Virus record (IMG/VR): IMGVR_UViG_3300008448_000586
Coordinates: 1-25,017 of that record
Length of the DNA: 25,017 nt
Origin: a virus
Lineage: Duplodnaviria; Caudoviricetes
Reading direction: 5' to 3' (one strand)
The translations under genes and the position numbers were made by a program. Positions within the stretch are counted from its first letter, which is position 1. Every line of letters starts with the position of its first letter. A model generated the notes under the pieces. It did not search any database. It was not told where the DNA came from and saw only the letters and a program-made list of their open reading frames with translations. Of this stretch, positions 9,931-17,779 are shown piece by piece.

Positions 9931-9957
9931 CTCTGCAAGAAATTTGATGATGCATTC

Positions 9958-9988
9958 TTGCATGTACGATACAAGTGTGTATGATGCA
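9958..9988 (+). promoter_or_regulatory. Sigma70-like promoter of the RHH gene with tandem TGTA-N3-TACA operators
   Basis: TTGCAT(9958-63)-16 bp-TATGAT(9980-85), ATG 7 nt downstream. TGTACGATACA at 9963-73 and TGTATGATGCA at 9978-88. Confidence 0.65.
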
Positions 9989-9992
9989 CACC

Positions 9993-10241
9993 ATGAGCAA
10001 GCGCAAGAAGAGTCAGGTTCCAGTGCACCGCAACACGCCGTTCGTTTATCTGGCGGTGCATAAGACCGTGGCAGACCGCATTCGATCTGCCGCATCAGCC
10101 AGCAAGACTCGCATATGCAATCTGCTGGAAGATTGGTGCAACAAGCAATTGCCTGCCGATGAACCGGGCACCGACGAACCGATCGTTGTGACGGGTCAAG
10201 GCGACTACCAGACTGTGATTCGACCCAGTGATCTCGCGTGA
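9993..10241 (+). CDS. Ribbon-helix-helix (Arc/MetJ/CopG-like) DNA-binding protein, 82 aa
   Basis: Basic N-terminus, then a strand FVYLAV, helix KTVADRIRSAASAS and helix RICNLLEDWCNKQL, the RHH pattern. Start taken at ATG 9993, just behind the -10 box. Confidence 0.6.
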   Translation: MSKRKKSQVPVHRNTPFVYLAVHKTVADRIRSAASASKTRICNLLEDWCNKQLPADEPGTDEPIVVTGQGDYQTVIRPSDLA

Positions 10242-10308
10242 GACGCTGAAATAAACAGGCCGCGCCAGCATGGTCGATGCGGACGCGGCCCGAAATTGGA
10301 GCATAATC

Positions 10309-11166
10309 GTGAACGAGTTTGAACCCACATATCCATGCGTGGTGCATGGACTTCCGGCATCAGTATACCACGGCATTGACGCAATGTCGTACAGCCGTCT
10401 CAAGACGCTGGATCAGGCGACACCGTCGCACCTGACCTACAACCTTGCAAATCCGTCAGACAGTGACGACTTTGTCGTCGGACGCGCATTGCATGCTTAT
10501 GTTCTTGAGCGGTCGAATTTCAACCATGAATTCGCCGTCGCGCCGCAGGTCGATCGACGCACCAAGGATGGGAAGGCCGCGTACGAAGCGTTCGTTTCCG
10601 CATCGCAGAACAAGACGGTGCTCAGTGCCGATCAGTTTGCAATGGTCGAGGACATGGCAGCGAGCGTGATGCAGCACGCTGACGCATATGCATTCGCGCA
10701 CACATTCCCCGGCAAGGCGGAAGTCAGTGCGTTTGCGATGATCAACGGCATCAAGACGAAGAGCCGGTTCGATCGTCTGGTCAATCTGGATGGCGAGGAT
10801 GTGATCGTGGACATCAAGACGACTCGCGACTTGGCAAGTCGTGAAGAGTTCGAGAACTCGATCTGGCGATATGGGTACGGAACGCAGTGCAACCTGTACC
10901 TTCAGATGGCTCGTGCAGTTGGCCTGAACCCGCGCCATTTCGTGTTCATCGTGATCGAGAAGAAGAAGCCACACAAGGTTGCTGTGTATAGAATGAGCGA
11001 CGAAGTCATCGAGATGTTTGATGGTCGCGTTCGTGAAATGACGAACAAGTACAAGGTGTTCCTCGATCATCCAGATCGTGGGTATGAGGGCATCTGCGAA
11101 ATTGGAGTCCCATCGTGGGCACTCCGTCGCCTTGAGAATGAGATTGGAGAATCCATCAATGTCTGA
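10309..11166 (+). CDS. RecE/exonuclease VIII-like PD-(D/E)XK exonuclease (DUF3799-type)
   Basis: Motifs YHGIDAMSYSRLK, GRALHAYVLE, KSRFDRL, IVDIKTT, YGTQCNLY, FVFIVIEK. GTG 10309 follows the RBS GAAATTGGAG. Confidence 0.88.
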   Translation: MNEFEPTYPCVVHGLPASVYHGIDAMSYSRLKTLDQATPSHLTYNLANPSDSDDFVVGRALHAYVLERSNFNHEFAVAPQVDRRTKDGKAAYEAFVSASQNKTVLSADQFAMVEDMAASVMQHADAYAFAHTFPGKAEVSAFAMINGIKTKSRFDRLVNLDGEDVIVDIKTTRDLASREEFENSIWRYGYGTQCNLYLQMARAVGLNPRHFVFIVIEKKKPHKVAVYRMSDEVIEMFDGRVREMTNKYKVFLDHPDRGYEGICEIGVPSWALRRLENEIGESINV

Positions 11167-12169
11167 GATTCAGAAAGTGCAGATGGCGAGCGCCATCGAG
11201 CAGGTCGTGATCGGCGGAGATCTGAGCCGACTCAACCCGGATCAGCGTGTGTCGTACTTCCGCACGGTGTGCGACTCGCTGGGCCTGAACCCGGCGACGA
11301 AGCCGTTCGAGTACATCACCCTGAACGGCAAACTGACGCTGTATGCAACTCGCGCAGCGAGCGAGCAACTTCGCAAGATCAATGGCGTTAGCATCGCTCC
11401 TCTGGAGCGCACGATGTTGTCTGACGCTGGGCTTTATCAGGTGGTTGCCCGTGGTCGTGATGCCACTGGCCGCGAAGACGAGGCCAGCGGTGTGGTCACC
11501 ATCGGTGGCTTGAAGGGCGAGGCTCTGGCGAACGCCATGCTCAAGTGCGAGACGAAGGCAAAGAGGCGCTTGACCCTCTCGATCTGTGGGCTTGGCTTCC
11601 TCGACGAGACGGAAGTCTCAGACATCCCGGGCGCAGTCCACGCGCCAATGTCTGCCATGCCAGCCGCGCTGCCCGCAAAGGTGGAGCCGAAGCCCGTGGT
11701 CGCTGAGGCCACTGTGGTGGACGGAGACAGCCCGCTGGAGCGTTTGCGCCGGAAGGCTGGGGCGGTTGTTACAATGCCAGAGGAGTCGCCCGCTGCGTCG
11801 GAGCAGCCAGCCGCGACACCAATCCCCCGGAAGGGTCGGGGTGCCCCTGCTAGACAGGAGAGCGCCCCGACCTCCCCGGATGGGGAGTTCAAGAGGGTCA
11901 AGTTCCGTTACCTCGATGTGAAGACCACCAAGACTGGTCAGGGTTACCTGAGCATGAAGACCCACGAGAACGATCAGTTCAACTGCTGGGATACTGCGCT
12001 CTGCACGGTGCTGGAAGAGATTGGTGTTGACACGGAAGTTGACATCCTCGTGCAGAATCCTCCGGCGAATGCTCCACAGGCTGCGCGTCCGAAGGTTGTT
12101 GAGGTTCGTCGCGTGAAGTCTGAGGATGGCGAAGTTGTTGAGGCCGGAGCAGACGGCATCCCATTCTGA
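11159..12169 (+). CDS. Single-strand annealing protein (RecT/Redbeta-like) with Pro/Ala linker, putative OB-like C-domain and SSB-type DGIPF tail
   Basis: GDLSRLNPDQRVSYFRTVCDSLGLNP..ANAMLKCETKAKRRLTLSICGLGFLDETE. Sits directly after and overlaps the exonuclease (ATGTCTGA). RBS ATTGGAGA. Confidence 0.75.
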   Translation: MSEIQKVQMASAIEQVVIGGDLSRLNPDQRVSYFRTVCDSLGLNPATKPFEYITLNGKLTLYATRAASEQLRKINGVSIAPLERTMLSDAGLYQVVARGRDATGREDEASGVVTIGGLKGEALANAMLKCETKAKRRLTLSICGLGFLDETEVSDIPGAVHAPMSAMPAALPAKVEPKPVVAEATVVDGDSPLERLRRKAGAVVTMPEESPAASEQPAATPIPRKGRGAPARQESAPTSPDGEFKRVKFRYLDVKTTKTGQGYLSMKTHENDQFNCWDTALCTVLEEIGVDTEVDILVQNPPANAPQAARPKVVEVRRVKSEDGEVVEAGADGIPF

Positions 12170-12179
12170 CCAACGCATT

Positions 12180-12219
12180 GGGGGGTGAGGCTCGACGGTG
12201 CCTCACCCCCCTTTCATTT
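12180..12219 (+). terminator. Rho-independent terminator
   Basis: 12-bp stem GGGGGGTGAGGC/GCCTCACCCCCC, 8-nt loop, followed by TTTCATTT, 10 nt after the annealase stop. Confidence 0.8.
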
Positions 12220-12272
12220 GGACAGGGGTAAAGGTTACGATCCGCGCATGCGACGCTGTTGCATCAACCACG

Positions 12273-13241
12273 ATGCCTAAGCGACCGGCCACCAACCGTG
12301 CACGCTTTACCGTCGATCACCGGGGTCGCCAAATTCATCTCGTCGATGTGCGATGGCCGTCACTGACCAATGCGGAGCAGTGGATTCTGCTGCGTTCCGA
12401 TGCACACCACGACTCGAAGTATTGCCTTCGACAGTTGGAGTTGAAGCATCTGAAGGAAGCGATCGATCGCGATGCGCTGGTGCTCGATCTTGGCGATTGC
12501 CTTGATTTGATGCAGGGAGTGTCGGACAGGCGATCATCTAAATCGAGTTTGCGCAGTAACTTGCTATCAACAAACTACTTCGACAGGGTGATCGAAGAGG
12601 CGGCAGAATTCTACAGCCAGTCGTACAACGGGAAACAACTTGCTGACCAGTTTGTTGTGATCGGTCAGGGCAACCACGAATCGGCTTGGCTCAAGTTCCA
12701 CGAGGTTTGCCCAACTCAAAACCTAGTCAGAGCGATCAAGGGGCGATCACCGAATTCGCAGGTAGGTGCCGGTGCGTACGGCGGGTATGTGCATCTCAAG
12801 ATCAATGTATTCAACACGAGCCGGTCGTTCACCATTCGCTACGCCCACGGCGCTTCCAATGGCGGAGCGATGACGATGGGTGCTCTCGACATCCGCCGCA
12901 TGGGTTCGTGGATCGTCGATGCTGACATGATCGCGATCGGACACACGCACGATTCAATGGTCGCTCCTATCGTTCGCGAGCGGTTCGTTACGCAGAACGG
13001 CGACTATCGAATCAAGTACCCAGAGACCATGTTCGTTCGGTGCGGTACCTACAAGGACGAATTTGGCCAGACAGAGGGCATGGGATGGGCCGTCGAAAAG
13101 GGCGGAGGACCGAAGCCCATCTGCGCCAAGTGGGTTCGCCTGTATCCGGTGTGGGAGTGGACGAAGGGTGGCAAGATGGGCGGAAAGAGTCGCGGTCGTG
13201 GAGTGTGGACACTCGGCTGCGATATCTTCGATGCAAAATGA
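12273..13241 (+). CDS. Calcineurin-like metallophosphoesterase
   Basis: Complete motif set SDAH, LGDCLD, GNHE, HG, GHTH. The upstream start at 12198 lies inside the terminator, so ATG 12273 is preferred. Confidence 0.85.
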   Translation: MPKRPATNRARFTVDHRGRQIHLVDVRWPSLTNAEQWILLRSDAHHDSKYCLRQLELKHLKEAIDRDALVLDLGDCLDLMQGVSDRRSSKSSLRSNLLSTNYFDRVIEEAAEFYSQSYNGKQLADQFVVIGQGNHESAWLKFHEVCPTQNLVRAIKGRSPNSQVGAGAYGGYVHLKINVFNTSRSFTIRYAHGASNGGAMTMGALDIRRMGSWIVDADMIAIGHTHDSMVAPIVRERFVTQNGDYRIKYPETMFVRCGTYKDEFGQTEGMGWAVEKGGGPKPICAKWVRLYPVWEWTKGGKMGGKSRGRGVWTLGCDIFDAK

Positions 13242-13597
13242 TCGACAAGTTTCCATGCACTGGGTGCGGAGCCTGTTGCCGCCGCGTTGGAATCATTCGC
13301 AAGCAATTGGCAACTAGCGGTATCCAAGTCCGCGAGGATGGATCCTGCGAGCACCTGACGGCGCAGAATCAGTGTGCGATTTATGAAACACGACCTTCGG
13401 TCTGCCGCGTGGGTAATGCGAAGCCACCCGAAATGCCGATGTGGGAGTATTGGGAATTGACTGCTCGCATTTGCAACATCTGGCAACGGCAGGATGGACT
13501 GCCTGTGCAACTGCGGGTTGATGAGGATCTCATACGGAGTCTCCGGCATGCACAGCGGGTGGAACAAGACCAAGGCGAAGAGCGAAACTCAGCGTGA
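13238..13597 (+). CDS. YkgJ-family cysteine-cluster (CxxCxxCC) Zn/Fe-chelating protein
   Basis: FPCTGCGACCR..CEHL...CAIYETRPSVCR. ATGA overlap with the upstream gene. Confidence 0.85.
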   Translation: MIDKFPCTGCGACCRRVGIIRKQLATSGIQVREDGSCEHLTAQNQCAIYETRPSVCRVGNAKPPEMPMWEYWELTARICNIWQRQDGLPVQLRVDEDLIRSLRHAQRVEQDQGEERNSA

Positions 13598-13877
13598 CCG
13601 GGAGTTGCGGGAGATGAGTCCTGACCATGTACGGAAGTGGGCGCTGGAGGAGGTTCACCTTGCGCTTCAGAGGGAATCAGTGCGTGCGCATCATGCTTGC
13701 CGCATGGACGATTGCCTGCGCAGTTTCATGTCGCGTATGCTGGAACTTGTTCAGGCTGCTGAGATCTCATCTCAACTGCGAGCCAAGTTCGTCAAATCCA
13801 TCATTTCCCACGAGCGCATGTGGAGAAATGCGACCGAAGACCTACCAGATGTAAAGTCGGGACGGTTCGATGATTGA
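13548..13877 (+). CDS. Hypothetical protein, 109 aa
   Basis: GGAG RBS before ATG 13548. Fills the gap in the operon and overlaps both neighbours. Confidence 0.6.
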   Translation: MHSGWNKTKAKSETQRDRELREMSPDHVRKWALEEVHLALQRESVRAHHACRMDDCLRSFMSRMLELVQAAEISSQLRAKFVKSIISHERMWRNATEDLPDVKSGRFDD

Positions 13878-14313
13878 GTTTGCACCAGTAGCATCGACGG
13901 CAGTGGACCACCTGCGGATCATCCTGCCCCTGCCCAGCATCGAAGGATCGAACAGTCGATCGCACTGGTGCGTTCGTCAGCGTTCAGCGAAACTGGACCG
14001 GTTCGCCGCCGCCGTCGAGGCAAGGATCAAGGGCGTTCCATGCCCACTAACTAATCCAGTAGTTGTTGTGGACTGGTACTGCAAGACCAAGCGAATGCTG
14101 GACTGCGACAACGCCCTGTCTCGGTGCAAATCCTACATCGATGGCCTGACCGATGCCGGTTGGTGGATCGACGACAAACAGATCAAGACGATGATCGTTT
14201 CTGTTTACGCCCCCGGAGAGGGGGCTGGGTTCAAGGGCCGAGTCGTCATCACCGCAATCGAGAGGCCACCAAAGTCGTCAGGATTGCTCAGGATCGATCC
14301 GTCGTTTGGATGA
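13870..14313 (+). CDS. rusA: RusA-like Holliday junction resolvase
   Basis: LPLPS..N..HW at the N-terminus and DCDNALSRCKSYIDGLTDAGWWIDDKQI, matching the RusA DxDN..K..D..DD catalytic pattern. Confidence 0.8.
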   Translation: MIEFAPVASTAVDHLRIILPLPSIEGSNSRSHWCVRQRSAKLDRFAAAVEARIKGVPCPLTNPVVVVDWYCKTKRMLDCDNALSRCKSYIDGLTDAGWWIDDKQIKTMIVSVYAPGEGAGFKGRVVITAIERPPKSSGLLRIDPSFG

Positions 14314-14317
14314 CCCT

Positions 14318-15052
14318 TCAGGACATCCTGCCTGCGATCTTCGATCCTGAAGCCTTCTGCTTCGTCTTGTTCATCCGATAGCGCACAACGGACTGTGGCT
14401 CACGAGCCGATGCGGTGTTGTCGGTCAGGGTCTTGGCTGTGTCGGATGGTCGAATGCCCTTCCGGCCCCACTGGTCGCACGCATAGCGCCATGCATCACG
14501 AATGGTGGCATCATCGCATCCGACCTTAGACAACTTGCTGACCAGATACTTGCGCTGCCGTTCGACGACATCGGCCAGCGAATGCGCAGGCTCGCGGTCA
14601 GCGATCCGTTGCATCGCCGCCTCTGAAATCAAACCCTCCCCCACCCCCTCCCCGACAGGGGAGGTTGTAGTTGTGGTTGTAGTTGTGGTTGTGGCACAGT
14701 CACTGTCACAGTCACTGTGGCTGTTACTGCGACGGTCATTGACCCGTTGAATGTGGGCGCGGCGCTTCTCAGCGATCTGATTACTGCGTGCCTTCTCGGC
14801 CAGCAGCCGGGGGTGTGCCCAGCCATCAGAGTGGCGAACGAGACGGCGCATGATGCACTCCCAATCCACGCCAACAGACCCGCCAGCGATTCGATCTCTG
14901 GATGCGGCATCGTCGGGAATAAATCCACTCAGCCACTGGTGACTGAGCAGTCGGATGTATGCGCCAGCCGTAGCGGGCGACATGTCCAGCGTGCTAGCGA
15001 GGAAATCGCCGGGGTAGAACGCAAACCACGGCAGTCGATTCGGTATACTCAT
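14318..15052 (-). CDS. Phage replication initiator, DUF1376/YdaU-type N-terminal domain
   Basis: LPWFAFYPGDFLASTLDMSPATAGAYIRLLSHQW..IPDD, then HPRL..EK, a low-complexity linker (SDCDSDC, poly-Thr) and a helical C-domain. Confidence 0.78.
   Translation of the reverse strand: MSIPNRLPWFAFYPGDFLASTLDMSPATAGAYIRLLSHQWLSGFIPDDAASRDRIAGGSVGVDWECIMRRLVRHSDGWAHPRLLAEKARSNQIAEKRRAHIQRVNDRRSNSHSDCDSDCATTTTTTTTTTSPVGEGVGEGLISEAAMQRIADREPAHSLADVVERQRKYLVSKLSKVGCDDATIRDAWRYACDQWGRKGIRPSDTAKTLTDNTASAREPQSVVRYRMNKTKQKASGSKIAGRMS
14664..14718. repeat. Short tandem repeats inside the initiator gene: (GTTGTR)x5 and (CACAGTCACTGT)x2
   Basis: Read directly at 14664-14693 and 14695-14718. Confidence 0.85.
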
Positions 15053-15138
15053 GTTCTTCCAGTGGTCCCTAGACCATTCGTGAATCCAGACAACGCCGTG
15101 CCACGAGCACGGCGTTTGTCTTTCAGTCGTAGTTCCAT
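15049..15138 (-). CDS. Possible 29-aa coupling ORF (MELRLKDKRR...)
   Basis: Bridges the upstream gene and the initiator (ATGA overlap at 15049-52). No clear RBS. Confidence 0.35.
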   Translation of the reverse strand: MELRLKDKRRARGTALSGFTNGLGTTGRT

Positions 15139-15449
15139 GTGAGAATGTTGCTGCATCGCCTGCGCGGCCTGCCTTCTGGCAGTGTCTGACGCATGCGCCG
15201 GGGCTTGTCTGCCTGCAATTGGGTTGCAGTCAGTGCTCCTGCCCCGCCCGGGAATGTTTCCCATCCGTAGCCGGTCCACAGGTTATCGTTCACCCGCATT
15301 GCTCCGCCGGTGTCCCAGTAGAACGCTTCAGTCCCAACCAGTACCACACGGTTGTTGACGGCCAGCGTGTTCGAGAACGCGAGCAGACTGTCCGCGTGCG
15401 AAACAGACGCAACGAACGAAACGAACGCAATGCTACAGAAACAACGCAT
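15123..15449 (-). CDS. Hypothetical exported protein, 108 aa
   Basis: Strong GGAGGT RBS. The N-terminus MRCFCSIAFVSFVASVSHA-DS resembles a signal peptide. Confidence 0.6.
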   Translation of the reverse strand: MRCFCSIAFVSFVASVSHADSLLAFSNTLAVNNRVVLVGTEAFYWDTGGAMRVNDNLWTGYGWETFPGGAGALTATQLQADKPRRMRQTLPEGRPRRRCSNILTWNYD

Positions 15450-15669
15450 GTGCCACCTCCAGCGCCCACTTGGCTTCATCACGGTTGCGTGCCGGTGGCA
15501 GTGCCTGCCTGATCTTGCGGAAGATCTTCCGCTCGATGCACATGACCTCGTCGCGAGTGATTCCAAGAATCTCAGCAACCTCTGATGGAGTGCGCAATGG
15601 CTTGATTCCGCACCATCGTGGATCGGATTGCCGGTGCATCCATGTAGGGGTCATTTTCATCTGCGCCAT
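15433..15669 (-). CDS. Small HTH protein resembling sigma70 region 4, 78 aa
   Basis: PLRTPSEVAEILGITRDEVMCIERKIFRKIR. AAGGAG RBS. Confidence 0.7.
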   Translation of the reverse strand: MAQMKMTPTWMHRQSDPRWCGIKPLRTPSEVAEILGITRDEVMCIERKIFRKIRQALPPARNRDEAKWALEVAHALFL

Positions 15670-15854
15670 TTGCGGAACTCCTTGTGTTCCTGATAGCAGC
15701 AGTCGCACAGAAGAACGCCGCGACGCTCGATCTTGGAACCAGTTTCAGGATGGACCCATGTGTACGGTTCAGACTCAACCCACTGATTGTGCTGCGACTG
15801 TCGGCAGCACTCGCACAGGTCGAGGAAGTGCGGAAGTACAACGGTGTTCGTCAT
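15657..15854 (-). CDS. Small Cys-rich putative zinc-binding protein, 65 aa
   Basis: CECC...CDCC motifs. GGAGGA RBS before ATG 15854. Confidence 0.65.
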   Translation of the reverse strand: MTNTVVLPHFLDLCECCRQSQHNQWVESEPYTWVHPETGSKIERRGVLLCDCCYQEHKEFRKWRR

Positions 15855-15855
15855 G

Positions 15856-16110
15856 TCAATCCTCCAATCTTCGGATGCGTTCACGAAGTCCGTCGGTCTC
15901 GACGACCAGCATCGTGTTTCGTTTCGCAAGCATGTCAGAAAGCCACGCTTCGTGCTTCGCTCGCTCTTCCCAGTGTTCTGCACGCTCGGTCAGCATCGCG
16001 TTGCACGCCTTCATCGTATTCAATTGCGTTCGCAGTGCGCCGATCTCGACCTGAGCCTTGATCAGTTTGCCAGTCAGCGAGTCGATCGTTTCGCTTGGTT
16101 TGTCAGTCAC
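15856..16110 (-). CDS. Hypothetical coiled-coil protein, 84 aa
   Basis: GGAG RBS, GTGA overlap with the upstream gene, heptad-like sequence. Confidence 0.65.
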   Translation of the reverse strand: MTDKPSETIDSLTGKLIKAQVEIGALRTQLNTMKACNAMLTERAEHWEERAKHEAWLSDMLAKRNTMLVVETDGLRERIRRLED

Positions 16111-16364
16111 TTGCTGGTCTCCGTTAGATAATCCCAGCCACGCTGCTTGATTTCCTTCTCTAGTTCAACCCAAGAACACCGTTCCTTGACCCACAACAAG
16201 ACCTCACGCCTTGCCGCATCGCGCTCCGCAACCAATTCGTTTCGCTCACGAAGCAACTGAGCGTGCTCCAGATGCAGTGCATCAAGTTGGTTGTGCAGTT
16301 CGGTGTATGTGCGCGAAGCCTGATCGGCCCACATCTTGACCTGATTGATCTCGCCCATGCTCAT
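16107..16364 (-). CDS. Hypothetical coiled-coil protein, 85 aa
   Basis: GAGGTG RBS, ATGA overlap, ERNELVAERDAARRE heptads. Confidence 0.7.
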   Translation of the reverse strand: MSMGEINQVKMWADQASRTYTELHNQLDALHLEHAQLLRERNELVAERDAARREVLLWVKERCSWVELEKEIKQRGWDYLTETSK

Positions 16365-16795
16365 TCGTCACCTCGCGTCGCTGGATGGCAGCGGTTCTGA
16401 TCTGTCTGGGTCAGTGACGAGAACGCCTCGTCGAAGTCTGACCAGTCTCCAGTATCTCGTGCAGTCCACGCGCTCGCGATCACATCTCGCAGGCGGTCTG
16501 CACGAGACTTCTGTGGAGTCCGAAACAGGTTTCCGGGAGGAGCGAGGACATACACCGCCGCCTTGTACCCGGCTCGTGTCTCGCGCTTCGTGCGGGTGCG
16601 CATCAGCACGCCGCGCAGCGTGAGCGCCGTGAACACTGGGCTGGCGCTCTGATGCGGGATGCCGGTGCGGGCGATGAATTCGTCGCAGGTGATTCCGTCC
16701 GACCCGACCCGCGTGATCATGTCGATCAGTCGGTCCTCGTTCGATTCGATCTTCGCACCGGCGTACGCCTGCCTGCTGGTTTCTCGGTAGGTCAT
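16361..16795 (-). CDS. Winged-helix DNA-binding protein, 144 aa
   Basis: TSRQAY..GITCDEFIARTGIPHQSASPVFTALTLRGVLMRT..RETRAGYKAAVY is a common phage wHTH pattern. ATGA overlap at 16792-95. Confidence 0.72.
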   Translation of the reverse strand: MTYRETSRQAYAGAKIESNEDRLIDMITRVGSDGITCDEFIARTGIPHQSASPVFTALTLRGVLMRTRTKRETRAGYKAAVYVLAPPGNLFRTPQKSRADRLRDVIASAWTARDTGDWSDFDEAFSSLTQTDQNRCHPATRGDE

Positions 16796-17001
16796 CCCAG
16801 CACCCCCGACATGATGATCAGCGCGAAGATGGCGATGGCGATGATGCCGCCGGTGTACATGCCACGGAAGAACCAGTCCGCCGCGCTCTCGATCTTCCGC
16901 TCCTGCGGATCTGCGACCTTCACGAAACGGATCACTTCGTCCTCGAACGCCAGATACTGGTTGTCCAATTTGCTGCGGGTTTTGCTGTAGTGGTTGGTCA
17001 T
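16792..17001 (-). CDS. Small membrane protein, 69 aa
   Basis: C-terminal hydrophobic helix GMYTGGIIAIAIFALIIMSGVLG. GAGGA RBS. Confidence 0.7.
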   Translation of the reverse strand: MTNHYSKTRSKLDNQYLAFEDEVIRFVKVADPQERKIESAADWFFRGMYTGGIIAIAIFALIIMSGVLG

Positions 17002-17015
17002 GGTTTCCTCTTCGG

Positions 17016-17393
17016 TCAAGCGGCCAGTTCAAGTTGAGAAATCAGCCCCATCTTTCGGCCACGAGCCGTGATGGTCACTTCGACTGCGTGCCGGTCATTC
17101 ATCCCGTTGTCGAGGTGCAGAATCCAGACGGTTCCGTAGCCCTTGGCCTTCGGCATGCGCGATGTCGGTGCCCAGAATGAACATGGGAACTTCCATTCCT
17201 TGCACAGCATCTTGGATGTCTTCGATGGCATGCGGAAACGGAAGTCGATCGAGAACTTCTCGTCGATGTCATCGCTCGAATGCCCGAACCACTCGCGATC
17301 GATGCGGATCCAACCGGCATCGACCAGCAGCGTGATCATGTCCTCGGATACGGATCGAATGTCTTCGATCAGGTTCAGCGAACTTAGTGGCAT
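17016..17393 (-). CDS. Hypothetical early protein, 125 aa
   Basis: ATG 17393 lies 5 nt after the conserved AGAAATTGGAGA leader. Confidence 0.75.
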   Translation of the reverse strand: MPLSSLNLIEDIRSVSEDMITLLVDAGWIRIDREWFGHSSDDIDEKFSIDFRFRMPSKTSKMLCKEWKFPCSFWAPTSRMPKAKGYGTVWILHLDNGMNDRHAVEVTITARGRKMGLISQLELAA

Positions 17394-17398
17394 GGTTC

Positions 17399-17456
17399 TC
17401 TCCAATTTCTGCCGGGTTGACCGGCTACAGGTTAGTGCATCCCGCGACGGTGCGGG
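17399..17456 (-). promoter_or_regulatory. Conserved early-gene leader, copy A
   Basis: Sense strand: CCCGC-ACCGTC-GCGGG ATGCACTAACCTGTA GCCGG-TCAAC-CCGGC AGAAATTGGAGA. Confidence 0.8.
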
Positions 17457-17491
17457 GCAGGCCAGCCCTTAGGCTGGCGAGCCGGGAACCG

Positions 17492-17695
17492 TCAGGACCA
17501 TGTGCTCACGATCATTCCCGTGTTCGTGATCGCACGCTGGAGGCGCTTGATCGAGATGACCCAGCCATGAGGCTTCCACGCCCATGCCTGCCTGATCGCG
17601 TCGTCCTCGTCGATCGCCCAGCAGTAGAACATCTCGCTGCGAGGCGAACCGTCCGACCCGATGATCAACCTGAATTCGTTCTTCTTGTCGTCCAC
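17492..17695 (-). CDS. Hypothetical early protein, 67 aa
   Basis: GTG 17695 lies 5 nt after GAAATTGGAGA. Confidence 0.7.
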   Translation of the reverse strand: MDDKKNEFRLIIGSDGSPRSEMFYCWAIDEDDAIRQAWAWKPHGWVISIKRLQRAITNTGMIVSTWS

Positions 17696-17700
17696 TGTGA

Positions 17701-17739
17701 TCTCCAATTTCGAGTTGCTGAATCCTGCAACGGCGCAGG
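17701..17739 (-). promoter_or_regulatory. Conserved early-gene leader, copy B (lacks the second hairpin)
   Basis: Sense strand: CCTGC-GCCGTT-GCAGG ATTCAGCAACTC GAAATTGGAGA. Confidence 0.72.
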
Positions 17740-17742
17740 CTA

Positions 17743-17766
17743 GGTGGCCCTCCGAAGAGGACCACC
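17743..17766 (-). other. Stable cUUCGg stem-loop after the DUF932 stop (no U-tract)
   Basis: Sense strand GGTGGTCCTC-TTCG-GAGGGCCACC. Confidence 0.6.
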
Positions 17767-17779
17767 GTAGCCAGCGTCG

